Part shown: in pieces, positions 62,951 through 64,000 of the stretch
How positions within the stretch are numbered: the stretch's first letter is position 1
Layout of the letters: the number at the start of each line of letters is the position of its first letter
NCBI RefSeq assembly: GCF_001447785.1
Contig: NW_015173682.1
Span: 62,001-126,000 of the forward strand
Direction: 5' to 3'
DNA length: 64,000 nucleotides
Origin: Gekko japonicus
Taxonomy: Eukaryota
Translations under genes and position numbers: made by a program
Notes under the pieces: model-generated
Database searches by the model: none
Told to the model about the DNA's origin: nothing
What the model saw: only the letters and a program-made list of their open reading frames with translations

Positions 62951-63793
62951 GTAAGTACTTAAGTTTTAGCAGTTTTTATTATAATGTAATAAAAATAGCT
63001 ATGTGTGAGTGGAAAGTTAGCATTAGAGTGTTTAAATTTGCAAATATTGTTCTGGTTTTCCTTTGATTATTCATTTAGCTATTTAAGACCATATTTGTCC
63101 CTGTTTACCATATTGTTCCTTGAGCTGATTTTTTCAGTGAATCCACATTTTTAAGTTCATTTTCCTCACATATTCTACCTAGCCTGTGTTTTCCCCATTT
63201 AACAAACAGAATGAAGAACACTAGTCCTTTTTATCAGGGCTTTTAAGAGTCGGAATGATCTTTGCTCTTAATATTGTGTTAAAATACCTCTTATTCTACT
63301 AAAATTCAAATATAAAGAGCTAATTTCCTCAGTACTTAATGCTCATTTTAATTATGAGGTGAGCCCTCTTGACCTGAAATTATTGCTCCATTCTTAGCTA
63401 AACGTGAAATGCATTTTGGGTTTGTGTCATTTTCACCCCCTTTCAGTCAGTATTCATCAGACTAGATAGACAAGGCTGATATCCACTGTGTGTAAATGAT
63501 CAAAACTCCCTGCCCCTGAATTTTAATGACGTTCTGATTGCTGAAATTTCTTTGAACTTTTTTGTAAGTGGGAATGTAACTTACAGAACATCACCATCCT
63601 CTCAGCCCAGCTATCAATTTGCTGTTTCCTTTACCAAAGGAAACATGTGAAGGGTGCAAGAGCGTAAAGCCTTGATTGTTTGGAGGGAATATTTTTATAT
63701 AAAACTAATTATGTTAAAAAAAATAAGTTACCAGCAAAGGCAACAATAAGTCTTTCAGGAAGACATGAAAAAAAAAGAAGTATCAACAGCACC

Positions 63794-63826
<33 letters not shown>

Positions 63827-64000
63827 TACTGGGTAGGATCTTGCTGGTGTTTTCATTTGTCCAAGAAGGAGTTCCCCCCCACCCCAGGATTGTGGAACTG
63901 CATACACAAAAATCCATGGGGAGGGGGGTGAAGTAAGGAAGAGAACTGGGCAAGATTGCTTCTCTGTCACTTACAGAAAAGGTGATAGGATCCAACTCTG

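Overview
Vertebrate genomic DNA, most likely a squamate reptile and probably a gecko (inferred from Sauria-SINE, Squam3-like and 5S-derived SINEs, BovB/RTE, CR1, L2, DIRS and Penelope content). The only recognisable host gene is ATRNL1 on the + strand: two CUB-domain coding exons at 61103-61186 and 62837-62950. No first exon is visible, so 1-61102 is probably part of a very large intron. That intron is a dense, nested mosaic of transposons. The most notable items are: two TSD-bounded non-autonomous L1-dependent elements (one an ORF1-only HAL1-like element) sharing a 3' C(UUCG)G hairpin; a Helitron with both canonical ends; a Helitron 5' end fused to a 264-bp copy of its own target flank; an inverted Penelope pair carrying hammerhead-ribozyme relics; a truncated DIRS element; a 2.1-kb GC-rich LTR-like unit with a TATA box and a decayed small ORF; and a 1.27-kb tandem duplication. 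Almost all ORFs in the supplied track are spurious or TE-derived. Family assignments come from motif recognition by eye, not database searches. Assembly gaps lie at about 46253-46275, 56356-56852 and 61743-61793.
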